Positions 1-9,256 of a stretch of DNA of 64,000 nt are shown one piece after another. The number at the start of each line of letters is the position of its first letter. Position 1 is the stretch's first letter. The DNA comes from Candidatus Shapirobacteria bacterium (GTDB lineage: Bacteria > Patescibacteriota > Microgenomatia > UBA12405). A program made the position numbers and the translations under genes. The stretch spans positions 23,562 through 87,561 of the forward strand of contig JALHFY010000001.1 of assembly GCA_022837635.1 (NCBI GenBank). The letters are read 5' to 3'. Below the pieces are notes generated by a model. It ran no database searches, had not been told where the DNA came from, and worked only from the letters and a program-made list of their open reading frames with translations.

Positions 1-4
1 GGCG

Positions 5-430
5 ATGTATCAAAAATATCGACCTGATTGGGCTGAACCTCTGAAGAAAATTATAGAAGGTGCTGATGTGGCGACAGAATATGCTCAAATGCCTAAGGGA
101 GCGATTGAGGAGGTAACTAAAGAGCTTTATAAAAACAATGGGGCGATGGTGGTAGAGTTACCTTTTGAATGGGTGGATTTTGGAACTTGGGAGTCACTAG
201 GAAAATATTTAAGTGATCATAATCTGATACAGTCTGATGGTGAAACTATAGAGTTGGATAGTACCAATAATGTGGTTAGAGCTAAAAAGATAGTCGCCTT
301 AATTGGAGTGAACGATATGATTATAGTTGACAAAGACGATGCCTTGTTGATTTGTAAAAAGGAAATGAGTGGTCGAGTAGGCGAGATAGTCGATAAACTT
401 AAGGCTGAAGAAAAAATGGATTTGGTGTGA
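5..430 (+). CDS. C-terminal part of a mannose-1-phosphate guanylyltransferase-like nucleotidyltransferase; the 5' end lies before the window
   Basis: Motifs such as DFGTWESL and IVDKDDALLI match the C-terminal region of GDP-mannose pyrophosphorylases. The ORF runs from the window edge. Confidence 0.45.
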   Translation: MYQKYRPDWAEPLKKIIEGADVATEYAQMPKGAIEEVTKELYKNNGAMVVELPFEWVDFGTWESLGKYLSDHNLIQSDGETIELDSTNNVVRAKKIVALIGVNDMIIVDKDDALLICKKEMSGRVGEIVDKLKAEEKMDLV

Positions 431-435
431 TAAAT

Positions 436-453
436 CTGTAATAATAATTACAG
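436..453. terminator. Perfect hairpin ctgtaat-aata-attacag downstream of the first CDS
   Basis: A 7-bp inverted repeat with a 4-nt loop was read directly. It lies in AT-rich flank. Confidence 0.3.
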
Positions 454-512
454 ATGAATTTTAAGAGGCGGTCAATTAGATTGGCGGGCTATGATTACAC
501 CCGACAGGGTTT

Positions 513-1175
513 TTGTTTTGGAAAAATGAAAGTATGTATGAGTTGAGTGAAGTAGGTGAAATGATCGAAAAATCGATTTTGGAAATTGAAAAATATTATA
601 TAGGAATAGGGGTGGAAAAATATGTGGTGATGCCAGATCACGTGCATATGATAATTAAAATTGTAGGGGCAGATTCCTATATCTGCCCGAATAAAAATAA
701 ATGGCATGCCAATAAAAATGGGCAGGAAATTGCAGATAATACGGGGAATAAAATTGTAGGTGATACAGAAAGGAAAATTGTAGGGGCAGATTCCTATATC
801 TGCCCTGGTGGTCAAAATGATATGGAGGGAAAATGGGATGTCGGTTGTAAAAATAATATGGGGCGGGGAATTTTAAATAATATGGAAAAAAATTTTTTAA
901 ATAATACGGGGCGGGGAATTTTAAATAATAAAGAGCGGAAATGGGATTCCGCCCGTACCGGAATTTCATTATGCGCCATAATTCAAAGATTTAAGATTTT
1001 TACCACCAATAAGTATATTCGAGGTGTGAAAAATCAAAATTGGCCAGGTTTTTATAAACGTTTTTGGCAACGCAATTATTATGAAAGAATTATCCGAAAT
1101 TATGGTGAATATAGGCGGATATGTAAATACATTGATGATAATCCGGACACATTTATTCATAAAAATTATCATTGA
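513..1175 (+). pseudogene. IS200/IS605-type Y1 HUH transposase, RAYT-like. It is N-terminally truncated and carries an internal repeat-rich insertion
   Basis: HUH motif VVMPDHVHMII is present. The C-terminal WQRNYYERIIRN...YIDDNP resembles the RAYT/IS200 Tyr region. About 270 nt between IVGA and ARTG contains two 32-bp direct repeats (aaaattgtaggggcagattcctatatctgccc at about 656 and 773) and two 28-bp repeats (ggggcggggaattttaaataata at about 856 and 907). Confidence 0.5.
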
Positions 1176-1206
1176 ATTGTAGAGTGAGAGAGATTAGAAT
1201 GGGGAG

Positions 1207-2652
1207 ATGGGGCAGGCCTTTGACAGCAATAAGTATTTGAAGGCGCAACGAGAAGCGATTGAAGACGGGTTGTCCAGGTTTGATGATCGTTTATATTTAG
1301 AATTTGGAGGTAAATTGATTGATGATTTTCATGCAGTCAGGACTTTGCCGGGCTATGAGGCTAACAATAAATTAAAATTACTTTTAAGCTTAAAAAGAAA
1401 GGTGGGAGTGATTTTTTGTGTTTCAGCCAAACAATTATCAGGTGGAAAAATTAGAGGAGATTCTGGAGAAAGTTATGAAGAAACAACTATTAGTGTGTTG
1501 AAAGATTTAAGAGAATTTGATTTAGAGATAGAGGGGGTAGTAATTAATCGTTATGAGGGAGAGAAAGAAGCGGATAATTTAGTCAGAAGATTAAAACTAA
1601 TGAAAATAAGAGTAGTGAAAAGAAGAGAAATAAAAAATTATCCAAAAAATTTAAGATTAACAATAAGTGAAAAGGGGTTTGGAAGTGATGAGTATTTAAG
1701 GGTAAAAAATAAGTTAATTGTAGTGTGGGGGGCCGGTCCGGGGTCAGGTAAATTATCCACTTGTTTGGGACAAATTTATCATGAAGAAAAGAGAGGAGAA
1801 AATTCAGGTTATGCGAAGTTTGAAACTTTTCCGGTATGGGATTTGCCTTTAGAACATCCAGTTAATGTAGCTTATGAGGCGGCTACGGCAGATTTGGGAG
1901 ATTTTAGTTTAATTGATCCTTGGCATTGGCAGGCTTATAGAATCAAGGCAGTTAACTACAATCGGGATGTGGGTTCTTTTCCGATAATTAAGAAAATGTT
2001 TTCTAGGATATTGGGAAAAAACAATTTTTCTAAAAATTATCAGTCACCGACAGATATGGGCGTGAATCGGTTGTCTGTAGGAATAATTGACGATGACAAA
2101 ATCAGGGAGGCGGCGAAAAAGGAAATTTGTTTTTATTGGTATCGGTATTTAGAGGAATATAAAAGAGGAATTATTAAGAAACAGGTTCTAGGGCGGATGC
2201 AAAAACTAATGAAAGAAGTAGGTATCAATGAAGAATATTTGGCGACGGTGATGCCGGCACGTAAAATTGAGGGAGCGGCAATAGAATTAAAGAGCGGTGA
2301 AATAGTGGTGGGTAAAAATAAAAAATTGTTAAGAGCTGAAGCAGCAGCGATTTTAAATTCACTTAAAATTTTGGCGGGGATTGAAGATGAATATAAATTG
2401 ATTTCTGAGTCAGTCTTAAAAGAGATATTGAAATTTAATAAAAATATAGGTAGAAATCGAGAGAGTTTGACAGCTTCGGAAGCATTATTGGCCTTGGCAG
2501 TATCTGGACGTGATAATCCTTTGGCTAAGAGAGCTTTAGGAAAATTGAAGGACTTAAAAAACTGTTTTATGCATAGTGTTTTAGATTTGAAGGCAGCGGA
2601 CAAGAGGTTGTTTTGGCGATTGAATTTGTGGACCACAACTGATGGTAAATAA
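1207..2652 (+). CDS. DUF1846/UPF0371 family protein
   Basis: A roughly 480-aa protein with the YLEFGGKLIDDFHAVRTLPGY-type N-terminus typical of the DUF1846 family. Confidence 0.6.
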   Translation: MGQAFDSNKYLKAQREAIEDGLSRFDDRLYLEFGGKLIDDFHAVRTLPGYEANNKLKLLLSLKRKVGVIFCVSAKQLSGGKIRGDSGESYEETTISVLKDLREFDLEIEGVVINRYEGEKEADNLVRRLKLMKIRVVKRREIKNYPKNLRLTISEKGFGSDEYLRVKNKLIVVWGAGPGSGKLSTCLGQIYHEEKRGENSGYAKFETFPVWDLPLEHPVNVAYEAATADLGDFSLIDPWHWQAYRIKAVNYNRDVGSFPIIKKMFSRILGKNNFSKNYQSPTDMGVNRLSVGIIDDDKIREAAKKEICFYWYRYLEEYKRGIIKKQVLGRMQKLMKEVGINEEYLATVMPARKIEGAAIELKSGEIVVGKNKKLLRAEAAAILNSLKILAGIEDEYKLISESVLKEILKFNKNIGRNRESLTASEALLALAVSGRDNPLAKRALGKLKDLKNCFMHSVLDLKAADKRLFWRLNLWTTTDGK

Positions 2653-2680
2653 AAGCCCCCGCCGCAGCGGGGGACTTTGA
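2653..2680. terminator. Bidirectional rho-independent terminator shared by convergent genes
   Basis: GC hairpin gcccccgc-cgca-gcgggggac between the convergent CDS 1207..2652 and rplL. Confidence 0.6.
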
Positions 2681-2696
2681 AGTGACAAGATGAGAA

Positions 2697-3089
2697 TTAT
2701 TTTAATTCTACCTGAGCACCAGCGGCTTCCAATTTAGTTTTAGCATCATTGGCAGCATCTTTTTTCATGGTTCCCAAGGAAGCGGGAGCGGCATCAACCA
2801 TGTCTTTGGCTTCTTTCAAACCAAGTTCGGGTTTGAATTCGCGGACAACTTTAATAACGGCGATTTTGTTGGCACCAGCATTGGTGATGGTGACATCAAA
2901 CTCGCTTTTTTCTTCGGCAGCAGCAGGAGCGGCACCAGCAGCAGCAGGAGCGGCACCAGCAGCAGCAGGAGCGGCCATAGCGACAGCTTTAACATCGAAC
3001 TTTTCTTCAAGAGCCTTGACCAATTCGGAGAGTTCAAGAACCGAAAGTTGACTGATTTGGTCGAGTATGGTTTCTAATTTTTTGTCCAT
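2697..3089 (-). CDS. rplL: 50S ribosomal protein L7/L12
   Basis: Ala/Pro-rich hinge ([13 protein letters not shown]) and a C-terminal domain ending [12 protein letters not shown]. Confidence 0.95.
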   Translation of the reverse strand: MDKKLETILDQISQLSVLELSELVKALEEKFDVKAVAMAAPAAAGAAPAAAGAAPAAAEEKSEFDVTITNAGANKIAVIKVVREFKPELGLKEAKDMVDAAPASLGTMKKDAANDAKTKLEAAGAQVELK

Positions 3090-3109
3090 ATTTTTGAAAT
3101 AAATAATAA

Positions 3110-3628
3110 TTAATTAGTAGCTGGTTTGTCAGCTAAAGCTTTCAAAGTTAAAACAAGCTGTTGCTGATTAAAACGGAGAGCATAAGTAAGTCGCTCAAGG
3201 GGATTTCTGAGTCCACCAATAAATTGAGCGATGAGAGTGGATTTGGAAGGTAGAGAGAGGAATTTTTTAAGTTCTTCAACTGAAAGTAATTGTTGATTAT
3301 AAAAACCGTACTTAAAAGAAGTTTTTTCTTGATCTTTATTGACAGTATCGATTTCTTTTAATGGAGCGATTTCGTCAGTTTCAGAGTAGGCGATAGCAGT
3401 GGGGCCGGTAAGAACTTCGGGCAATTTAAGACCCATTTTGTCCAAGGCTCGCATAATGAGAGTGTTTTTAACCACTTCCATGGAACCTCCAGCTTGTTTG
3501 ATATTAGCTCTCAGAGTACTGAGATCGCCGGCACTAAGTCCTTGGTATTGGACTAAAGCGGCGGATTTGGCTTCGGAAAGTTTTTTGATGACTTCGTCAA
3601 CCTTGTCGATTTTTTGTTGAGTTGGCAT
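3110..3628 (-). CDS. rplJ: 50S ribosomal protein L10
   Basis: L10-like sequence located immediately upstream of rplL. Confidence 0.9.
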   Translation of the reverse strand: MPTQQKIDKVDEVIKKLSEAKSAALVQYQGLSAGDLSTLRANIKQAGGSMEVVKNTLIMRALDKMGLKLPEVLTGPTAIAYSETDEIAPLKEIDTVNKDQEKTSFKYGFYNQQLLSVEELKKFLSLPSKSTLIAQFIGGLRNPLERLTYALRFNQQQLVLTLKALADKPATN

Positions 3629-3760
3629 ATTTTTGATATAAAAAAACCTCGACCGAATCGAGGATAAAAATAAAGAATCATTTTCCCTCGGCTGGACTTA
3701 TTTGAATGCCGGCTGTCTTCGGTAGTACGAGGACTATTATACACTACTTTGGATGGTTGG
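3629..3760 (-). promoter_or_regulatory. Candidate L10 (rplJ) leader / autoregulatory 5' UTR
   Basis: A roughly 130-nt noncoding stretch upstream of rplJ with hairpins cctcgaccgaatcgagg and gtcttcggtagtacgaggac. The identification is by position only. Confidence 0.25.
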
Positions 3761-3818
3761 CAAAGAGAAGATTAAGGGTTACAATATAGGTCGTTGTAGG
3801 TTTTCATAGGGGAATACT

Positions 3819-4130
3819 ATGAAAAAAGAAATTGTTGATCAAATAATTAAAGGGATGTCTGGAGGTAATGTTTATTTGGAAACTTTGCTAAAGGAAGTGA
3901 AATGTGTGGGTGAAAGTAAGATTAATGAATGGGATGATTTGGAAGTGTCAAGATTAAAAAAGGTACTAAGTTCAGGAGTATGTATGTTGGTTGGTAGGCG
4001 AATTAGTTTTGAAGAGATTGAGGACGATTCTGAAAAATTTTGGCAAAGTCCACAAGGTCAGGTTGAGAATCGACTATTAATTAATTATATTGTTCCGAGA
4101 TTAGAGCGTGCCAAGAAAAGTAATCTTTGA
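3819..4130 (+). CDS. Hypothetical protein
   Basis: A 103-aa ORF with no recognisable motif. Its 3' end overlaps the next CDS by 23 nt. Confidence 0.35.
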   Translation: MKKEIVDQIIKGMSGGNVYLETLLKEVKCVGESKINEWDDLEVSRLKKVLSSGVCMLVGRRISFEEIEDDSEKFWQSPQGQVENRLLINYIVPRLERAKKSNL

Positions 4131-4704
4131 TTTTGATGGGACGCTGGCGGACACCTTTGATCAGCAGGTCAAACTGATTAAGGACATCAGACCGGAAACC
4201 AGTCAAAAGGAAGTCAATAGATTTCGAGAGGTAGGAGCCACGGCTTTAGTAAAAGAAATAAAATTACCTTTGTCACAACTGATAGTTATGACCAATAAAA
4301 TCAGTTTGAGACATGGAGAAGTGGTAAAAAAAGCCAAAGCTTTTACGGGGATAAAAAGATTGATAGCTGATTTGAGAAAAAAGCAGGTTAGGGTGGAAGT
4401 GTTAACTTCTAATAGAAGTAAAAATGTAAAGATATGGCTTGAAGACAAAGGCATAGTGGTGGATAAAATAATCGGAGGAATTGGGATTTTTGGTAAGGAT
4501 AAAAAACTAAAAACTCTTAAAGGTGATTTTATTTATGTAGGTGATGAGATTCGAGATATAGAAGCTTGCAGGAAGGTAGGAGTAAAAATAATTGCGGTAA
4601 GTTGGGGATTTAATAGCAAAAAGGCTTTAGTGAAAGCGAAACCCGATTATTTAGTGGAGAGAGTGACAGATTTGCGAAAATTGCTTTTGCGATTAAGCCA
4701 ATGA
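4108..4704 (+). CDS. HAD-superfamily hydrolase (phosphatase-like). Probable GTG start
   Basis: Motif I FDFDGTL and motif IV YVGDEIRDIEA are present. Confidence 0.7.
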   Translation: MPRKVIFDFDGTLADTFDQQVKLIKDIRPETSQKEVNRFREVGATALVKEIKLPLSQLIVMTNKISLRHGEVVKKAKAFTGIKRLIADLRKKQVRVEVLTSNRSKNVKIWLEDKGIVVDKIIGGIGIFGKDKKLKTLKGDFIYVGDEIRDIEACRKVGVKIIAVSWGFNSKKALVKAKPDYLVERVTDLRKLLLRLSQ

Positions 4705-5864
4705 GTTTCTTGGCGACAGATAAGGTGGTTAGATAAATAGTAATTTAATTGGACAGGGGGAATGAGAGTTTTAACCAGTTCTTCTAAAAAGATAGTGTTT
4801 TGAGAGCCTTTAACGAGAATAGTGGAATTGGGAGGGAGATGGTCTTTGAGATAGTCGGCAGCTTGCCACCAGTAGAGAAACTTCTGAGCTTTGGGACCAA
4901 AATGACGACTGGTTTCAGGACCGACGCTGATAATCAGATCGGCTGATTTTAAGGCGGATTTATAGAGTTGTTGATGGGATTCCGGGCTGGCTTGACCTAA
5001 TTCACGCATATCACCTAAGACGGCAATTTTAGGTAAAGGAAAGGTAGCTAGGAATTTTAGAAGTTCATTGGTGGCTAGGGGAGAGGAATTGTAGGAAGAG
5101 TCAATAATCAAAGAATCGTTAATACCTTTAATGAGGCTGGCTCGGCTGGCGGGAAGGCGGAAATTTTTGGAAAGATTGTCTAAAATTTGTGTTTTATCCA
5201 TACCCAAACTTTTAGCCAATTCATAAGCGGCGCCAATAGAGATGCTGTAAATGGGAGGCAAATAATAGTCTTTGAGAGTGATGTTTCGAGGCTTAATCAG
5301 AATTTTATGAGGATTTGTAGTAAATTTTTTGACGAGGGGATCTTTGGGATTGATAATGGCTAATTTGGCTTGGTTGACGAGTAGAGCTTTTTCCTGAGCA
5401 ATACTCTCCAGAGAAGGAAAATTTTCCAGGTGGACAGGAGAGACGTTTAAGAAGATGCCAATATCGGGTTGAACAATACTTAAAAGATAGGCCATGTTTT
5501 TAGGAGCTTTTTGAGAATCAATTCCCATTTCCAAAAGATAAACATCGATCTTGGGCCAGTAAAAAAGAATTTTGAAAGGAGTAAGTAGAGCAATTTTTAA
5601 CCAAGAGAGGAGGGAAAAATCGGGGGTAGAAAAACCGAGGATATTGAGAGGAATACCGGATTCAGAGTTGGCGCCATAATTACTTTTAACCTTAAATTGG
5701 CCGGTGAGGGCGGCTTCGGCGGCTAAAAGAGTGGAACTTTTGCCGGCTGAACCGGTAATACCAACTATTTTGAGATGGGGATTGGTTAATTTGTTTTTAG
5801 CAATTTGAATGCGGGCAAAAAAACGAAGATATTTAAGAAAAAGATGAGAGAGGATTTTTTTCAT
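4647..5864 (-). CDS. murF: Mur ligase family protein, probably UDP-MurNAc-tripeptide D-Ala-D-Ala ligase
   Basis: Mur-ligase P-loop GITGSAGKSST. The MurF assignment rests on its position next to alr and ddl. Confidence 0.55.
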   Translation of the reverse strand: MKKILSHLFLKYLRFFARIQIAKNKLTNPHLKIVGITGSAGKSSTLLAAEAALTGQFKVKSNYGANSESGIPLNILGFSTPDFSLLSWLKIALLTPFKILFYWPKIDVYLLEMGIDSQKAPKNMAYLLSIVQPDIGIFLNVSPVHLENFPSLESIAQEKALLVNQAKLAIINPKDPLVKKFTTNPHKILIKPRNITLKDYYLPPIYSISIGAAYELAKSLGMDKTQILDNLSKNFRLPASRASLIKGINDSLIIDSSYNSSPLATNELLKFLATFPLPKIAVLGDMRELGQASPESHQQLYKSALKSADLIISVGPETSRHFGPKAQKFLYWWQAADYLKDHLPPNSTILVKGSQNTIFLEELVKTLIPPVQLNYYLSNHLICRQETHWLNRKSNFRKSVTLSTK

Positions 5865-6988
5865 ATAATTGTTCTTCTAATGGAAGGGTTGATTCCGGTT
5901 AGGAGGGTATAAGGAATAGTATTGAGAATGGAAGCTAATTTGTAAAGAGAGCAAGGATCATTGGGATGAGGAGAAATAAGAGTGACTTTATCGCCAACAG
6001 CAGCTTTTATAGTCCGGGGAATTTTGATGGTGGTCATATTCATGTTGATGTTGCCTACAACTGGGCATTTAGTATGATGAAGAAGAAAAAAAGCCCGATT
6101 ACTAAGGTCTCGAGGCACACCTTCATAGTAACCAGCGGTGAGGATGGCAATACTTTCATCTTGTTTGGTAAGATAGGTGCCGCCATAATTAACTTCACTA
6201 CCGGAGGGAATTTGTTTAATAATGGCGAGCCGAGAGGTAAAGGTTAGAATAGGTTGAAGGGAAGCACGAAGTTGTCGTCCATCTTTGGTATGAGGACCAA
6301 AGGGTGAGTAGCCATAGAGTCCTAATCCAAGTCGACTAAGATTGAAATCAGGATCAGAAAGAGAGCAAGTTGAGGCGGTGGCAGCGATATGTTTGTATTT
6401 AAATTTGAAACCTGCCTCTTCAAAAATAGAGACCATTTTTTTAAATAGTTTGATTTGATTGTTGGTAAAAGTTTTTTTGAGAGGATTGTTAGCTTGAGAT
6501 AAATGAGAATAAATACCCTCGATTTGTAAACGAGAGGATTGTTTAAGGACTGAGATGAAGCTAGGGATTTGTTCTTCTCGAATACCCAGACGGCACATGC
6601 CAGTGTCGAGTTTGATATGAATTTTAGCTCCAGGTTGATATTGATTAAGAGCTTGTAATGATTGAAGGTCGTAAACACTAAAAGTAAAGGGTAATTTTTT
6701 CCAAAGGTGATAATTACGAGGATCGGTGTAGCCCATAATCATAATGGGGGTTTTGATTTTATTTTTGGAAAGTTGATAAGCCTCGTAAAGGGAGTCAACC
6801 ATAATGTAAGGAACAGAAAGTTTAGTATCAATAATTTTGGCAATTTGCAGTAGGCCGTGACCATAGGCGTTGGATTTAAGAACGGGACAAATCTGAGAAT
6901 TTGGATTAATTTTCTGAAAATAATGGTAATTATGAATCAAAGCCGAAGAATCAAGGATAATTTCATTAAGGGTGTGATAAGTGTACAT
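5861..6988 (-). CDS. alr: Alanine racemase
   Basis: PLP motif VLKSNAYGHG and overall length. Confidence 0.8.
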   Translation of the reverse strand: MYTYHTLNEIILDSSALIHNYHYFQKINPNSQICPVLKSNAYGHGLLQIAKIIDTKLSVPYIMVDSLYEAYQLSKNKIKTPIMIMGYTDPRNYHLWKKLPFTFSVYDLQSLQALNQYQPGAKIHIKLDTGMCRLGIREEQIPSFISVLKQSSRLQIEGIYSHLSQANNPLKKTFTNNQIKLFKKMVSIFEEAGFKFKYKHIAATASTCSLSDPDFNLSRLGLGLYGYSPFGPHTKDGRQLRASLQPILTFTSRLAIIKQIPSGSEVNYGGTYLTKQDESIAILTAGYYEGVPRDLSNRAFFLLHHTKCPVVGNINMNMTTIKIPRTIKAAVGDKVTLISPHPNDPCSLYKLASILNTIPYTLLTGINPSIRRTII

Positions 6989-7076
6989 GCTTTATTATAA
7001 CATTTATGTTATAAAGTCAATATTTAGCTTTGTTTTTTAAGTTGACAACATAAAATTTGGATATAAAATAAGGTTA

Positions 7077-7943
7077 ATGCAGAAAGTGAGAATTGCTATT
7101 TTAATGGGTGGGGAAAGTAGTGAGAGAGAAGTGTCCTTAATGACAGGTGAAGAAATGTGGAGGAATTTAAACAGAAAAAAGTATGAGGTAATGAAAATTG
7201 TGTGGCCGGAAGAAAGAAATAAATTAGAAAAAATCAAGGTAAATATAGCGTTAATTGCTTTACACGGAAGGGGAGGTGAAGATGGAGTAATTCAAGGTTA
7301 TTTAGAAACTTTGGGAATTAAATATACAGGATCAGGAATATTAGCTTCAGCTATAGGTATGAACAAGAGGATGTTTAGGAAATTGGCAGAAAAAGAAGGT
7401 TTTTTGATGCCGCGAGAAGTGAAAAGTGTGCCGTGTGTCGTTAAACCCAGTAACGGTGGTTCGAGTATAGGAGTAATAATAGTGAAGAGACAAAGTGATT
7501 TAGCTAGAGCAATTAAAGCGGTAGAGCAATATGACAAAGAATGGTTGTGTGAAGAATATATTAAAGGAATCGAAGTATCTTGTGCTGTATTGGGAAATAA
7601 AGCTTTACCGGTGATTGAGATTGTACCGAAAAATATTTTTTTTGATTATGAAGCGAAATATATTTCTGGCATGGCAGAGGAAATATGTCCAGCGAGAATC
7701 AGTCAAAAGTTAAGTAGAAAAGTACAATCAGAAAGTCTTAGGCTGTGTCAAATTTTGGGAGTAAGAGGTTACGCTAGAGTGGATTTTATAATTAGCAGAG
7801 GGAAAGTTTATCTGCTAGAGATAAATACTTTACCCGGAATGACGGCTAATTCATTATTTCCTAAAGCAGCCAAAGTGGCCGGAATCAGTTATCCAAAATT
7901 ACTGGATCAGATAATTAACCTTACTTTTCAAGAGCCACTTTGA
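7077..7943 (+). CDS. ddl: D-alanine--D-alanine ligase (short form)
   Basis: ATP-grasp Ddl pattern (IAILMGG..SEREVSL at the N-terminus, EINTLPGMT at the C-terminus). Confidence 0.8.
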   Translation: MQKVRIAILMGGESSEREVSLMTGEEMWRNLNRKKYEVMKIVWPEERNKLEKIKVNIALIALHGRGGEDGVIQGYLETLGIKYTGSGILASAIGMNKRMFRKLAEKEGFLMPREVKSVPCVVKPSNGGSSIGVIIVKRQSDLARAIKAVEQYDKEWLCEEYIKGIEVSCAVLGNKALPVIEIVPKNIFFDYEAKYISGMAEEICPARISQKLSRKVQSESLRLCQILGVRGYARVDFIISRGKVYLLEINTLPGMTANSLFPKAAKVAGISYPKLLDQIINLTFQEPL

Positions 7944-8649
7944 TACCGGGGCCCATGGTGGCACAGAGAGAAAGTTTCTTGATTTTAGGAGCCTTAATGA
8001 CTTTGATCAGTTCCGTGACATTGGCGATTAGTTCAGCTTCCGGTTGAGAAACTTTACCCACGATAATATGAACCAAGGGAGCCTTCTTTTCGGTTTTAAT
8101 GGAAGTCTTGGTGACAGCTAATTTTTTAACCGCTTCTTCTGGTTTATCAGTGAGAGTGCCGGTTTTAGGATTGGGCATAAGGCCTTTGGGTCCTAAAAGA
8201 CGGGCGAAGGGCATGAGTTTAGGCATGGTAACGGGAGTAGCAATAAGGATGTCAAAGTCGATTTTGCCATTTTTAAGATTGGCGAGAATTTTATCATCGA
8301 CAATAGCAATTTTTTTGGCGGTGCTTTCCAAGTGAGGGAAAGAGATTTCACCCAAGGTACCGGTGTCGGTAACAGTCAAGTGGGCTTCGACTTTGCCATC
8401 AAATTTGGAAAGAGAAGTTTCTTTGACCAATTTAACTGCTTCTTTGAGAGGGTAAAGTTTCAAGACGTCGACTTTCTTACGGGCATCTTGATATTTTTTG
8501 CCTCTAACACGGGCTTTTTTTTCACCAGGAGTGGTGCTTTTGCTGGTTTCGGTTTCAGGGGGAGTAACAGTTTCCTGAGCCTTTTGATCAACTTTTTGAT
8601 CTTCCACAGCAAGCTTCTTTTTTTTGAGTTCTTGTGAGGTTTTGCTCAT
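7921..8649 (-). CDS. rplA: 50S ribosomal protein L1 with a roughly 40-aa charged N-terminal extension
   Basis: L1 core motifs (LLGPKGLMPNPKTGT) and position next to rplK. Confidence 0.9.
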   Translation of the reverse strand: MSKTSQELKKKKLAVEDQKVDQKAQETVTPPETETSKSTTPGEKKARVRGKKYQDARKKVDVLKLYPLKEAVKLVKETSLSKFDGKVEAHLTVTDTGTLGEISFPHLESTAKKIAIVDDKILANLKNGKIDFDILIATPVTMPKLMPFARLLGPKGLMPNPKTGTLTDKPEEAVKKLAVTKTSIKTEKKAPLVHIIVGKVSQPEAELIANVTELIKVIKAPKIKKLSLCATMGPGIKVALEK

Positions 8650-8683
8650 TTTTGTTTTAATTTAACTTATAAAATTTATAAAT

Positions 8684-8807
8684 CCCAATAACCAAAAAAC
8701 AATTTCCAAACAAATTACAAATAACAAAAAACAAATTTCAAACCTTTTTGTAATTTGGAATTTGAAGAATTGGACATTGTTTGTTTCTTGTAGATTTGGT
8801 TATTGGT
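8684..8807. repeat. Long imperfect inverted repeat in the rplK-rplA intergenic region
   Basis: Arms such as caaattacaaa / tttgtaatttg and ccaataaccaaaaaacaa / ttggttattgg. It could be an L1-binding autoregulatory structure. Confidence 0.4.
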
Positions 8808-8813
8808 TATTTA

Positions 8814-9239
8814 TTAATCTGTAATTTCAATACCCATAGAACGGGCGGTGCCGGCCACCATTTTTTTAGCGGCTTCTAGATCTTTAGTATTGAGATCGAC
8901 GAGTTTGTCGGTGGCAATTTTTTCAATCTGAGCAGAGGTGATTTTACCGATTTTTTCCCGGCCGGCAGTGCCACTACCTTTACTGATACCGGTGATTTTT
9001 TTAATCATATCGGTGACAGGTGGTTTTTTGATAATGAAATCAAAGGAACGATCTTCATAAATAGTAATGATGGCGGGGATAAGAGAGCCACGCATTTCTT
9101 TGGTTTGTTCATTGAATTCGTTGCAAAAATCCATGATTTTGATACCATGAGGACCGAGAGCAGTACCAACAGGAGGGGCGGGATTAGCAGTACCAGCTTG
9201 AATTGCCAATTTAACAACAGTTTTAACTTTTTTAGCCAT
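8814..9239 (-). CDS. rplK: 50S ribosomal protein L11
   Basis: Motif PPVGTALGPHGI is present. Confidence 0.95.
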   Translation of the reverse strand: MAKKVKTVVKLAIQAGTANPAPPVGTALGPHGIKIMDFCNEFNEQTKEMRGSLIPAIITIYEDRSFDFIIKKPPVTDMIKKITGISKGSGTAGREKIGKITSAQIEKIATDKLVDLNTKDLEAAKKMVAGTARSMGIEITD

Positions 9240-9256
9240 AGAGATAAGTTAAATAA

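Noticed and set aside
495-1172. Minus-strand ORFs 495..815, 655..969, 969..1172
   Set aside because: They are low-complexity translations of the repeat-laden RAYT remnant on the opposite strand.
2749-3051. ORFs 2749..3051(+) and 2816..3037(-) in the six-frame track
   Set aside because: They are antisense or alternate-frame readings of the GC/Ala-rich rplL hinge. rplL on the minus strand explains the region.
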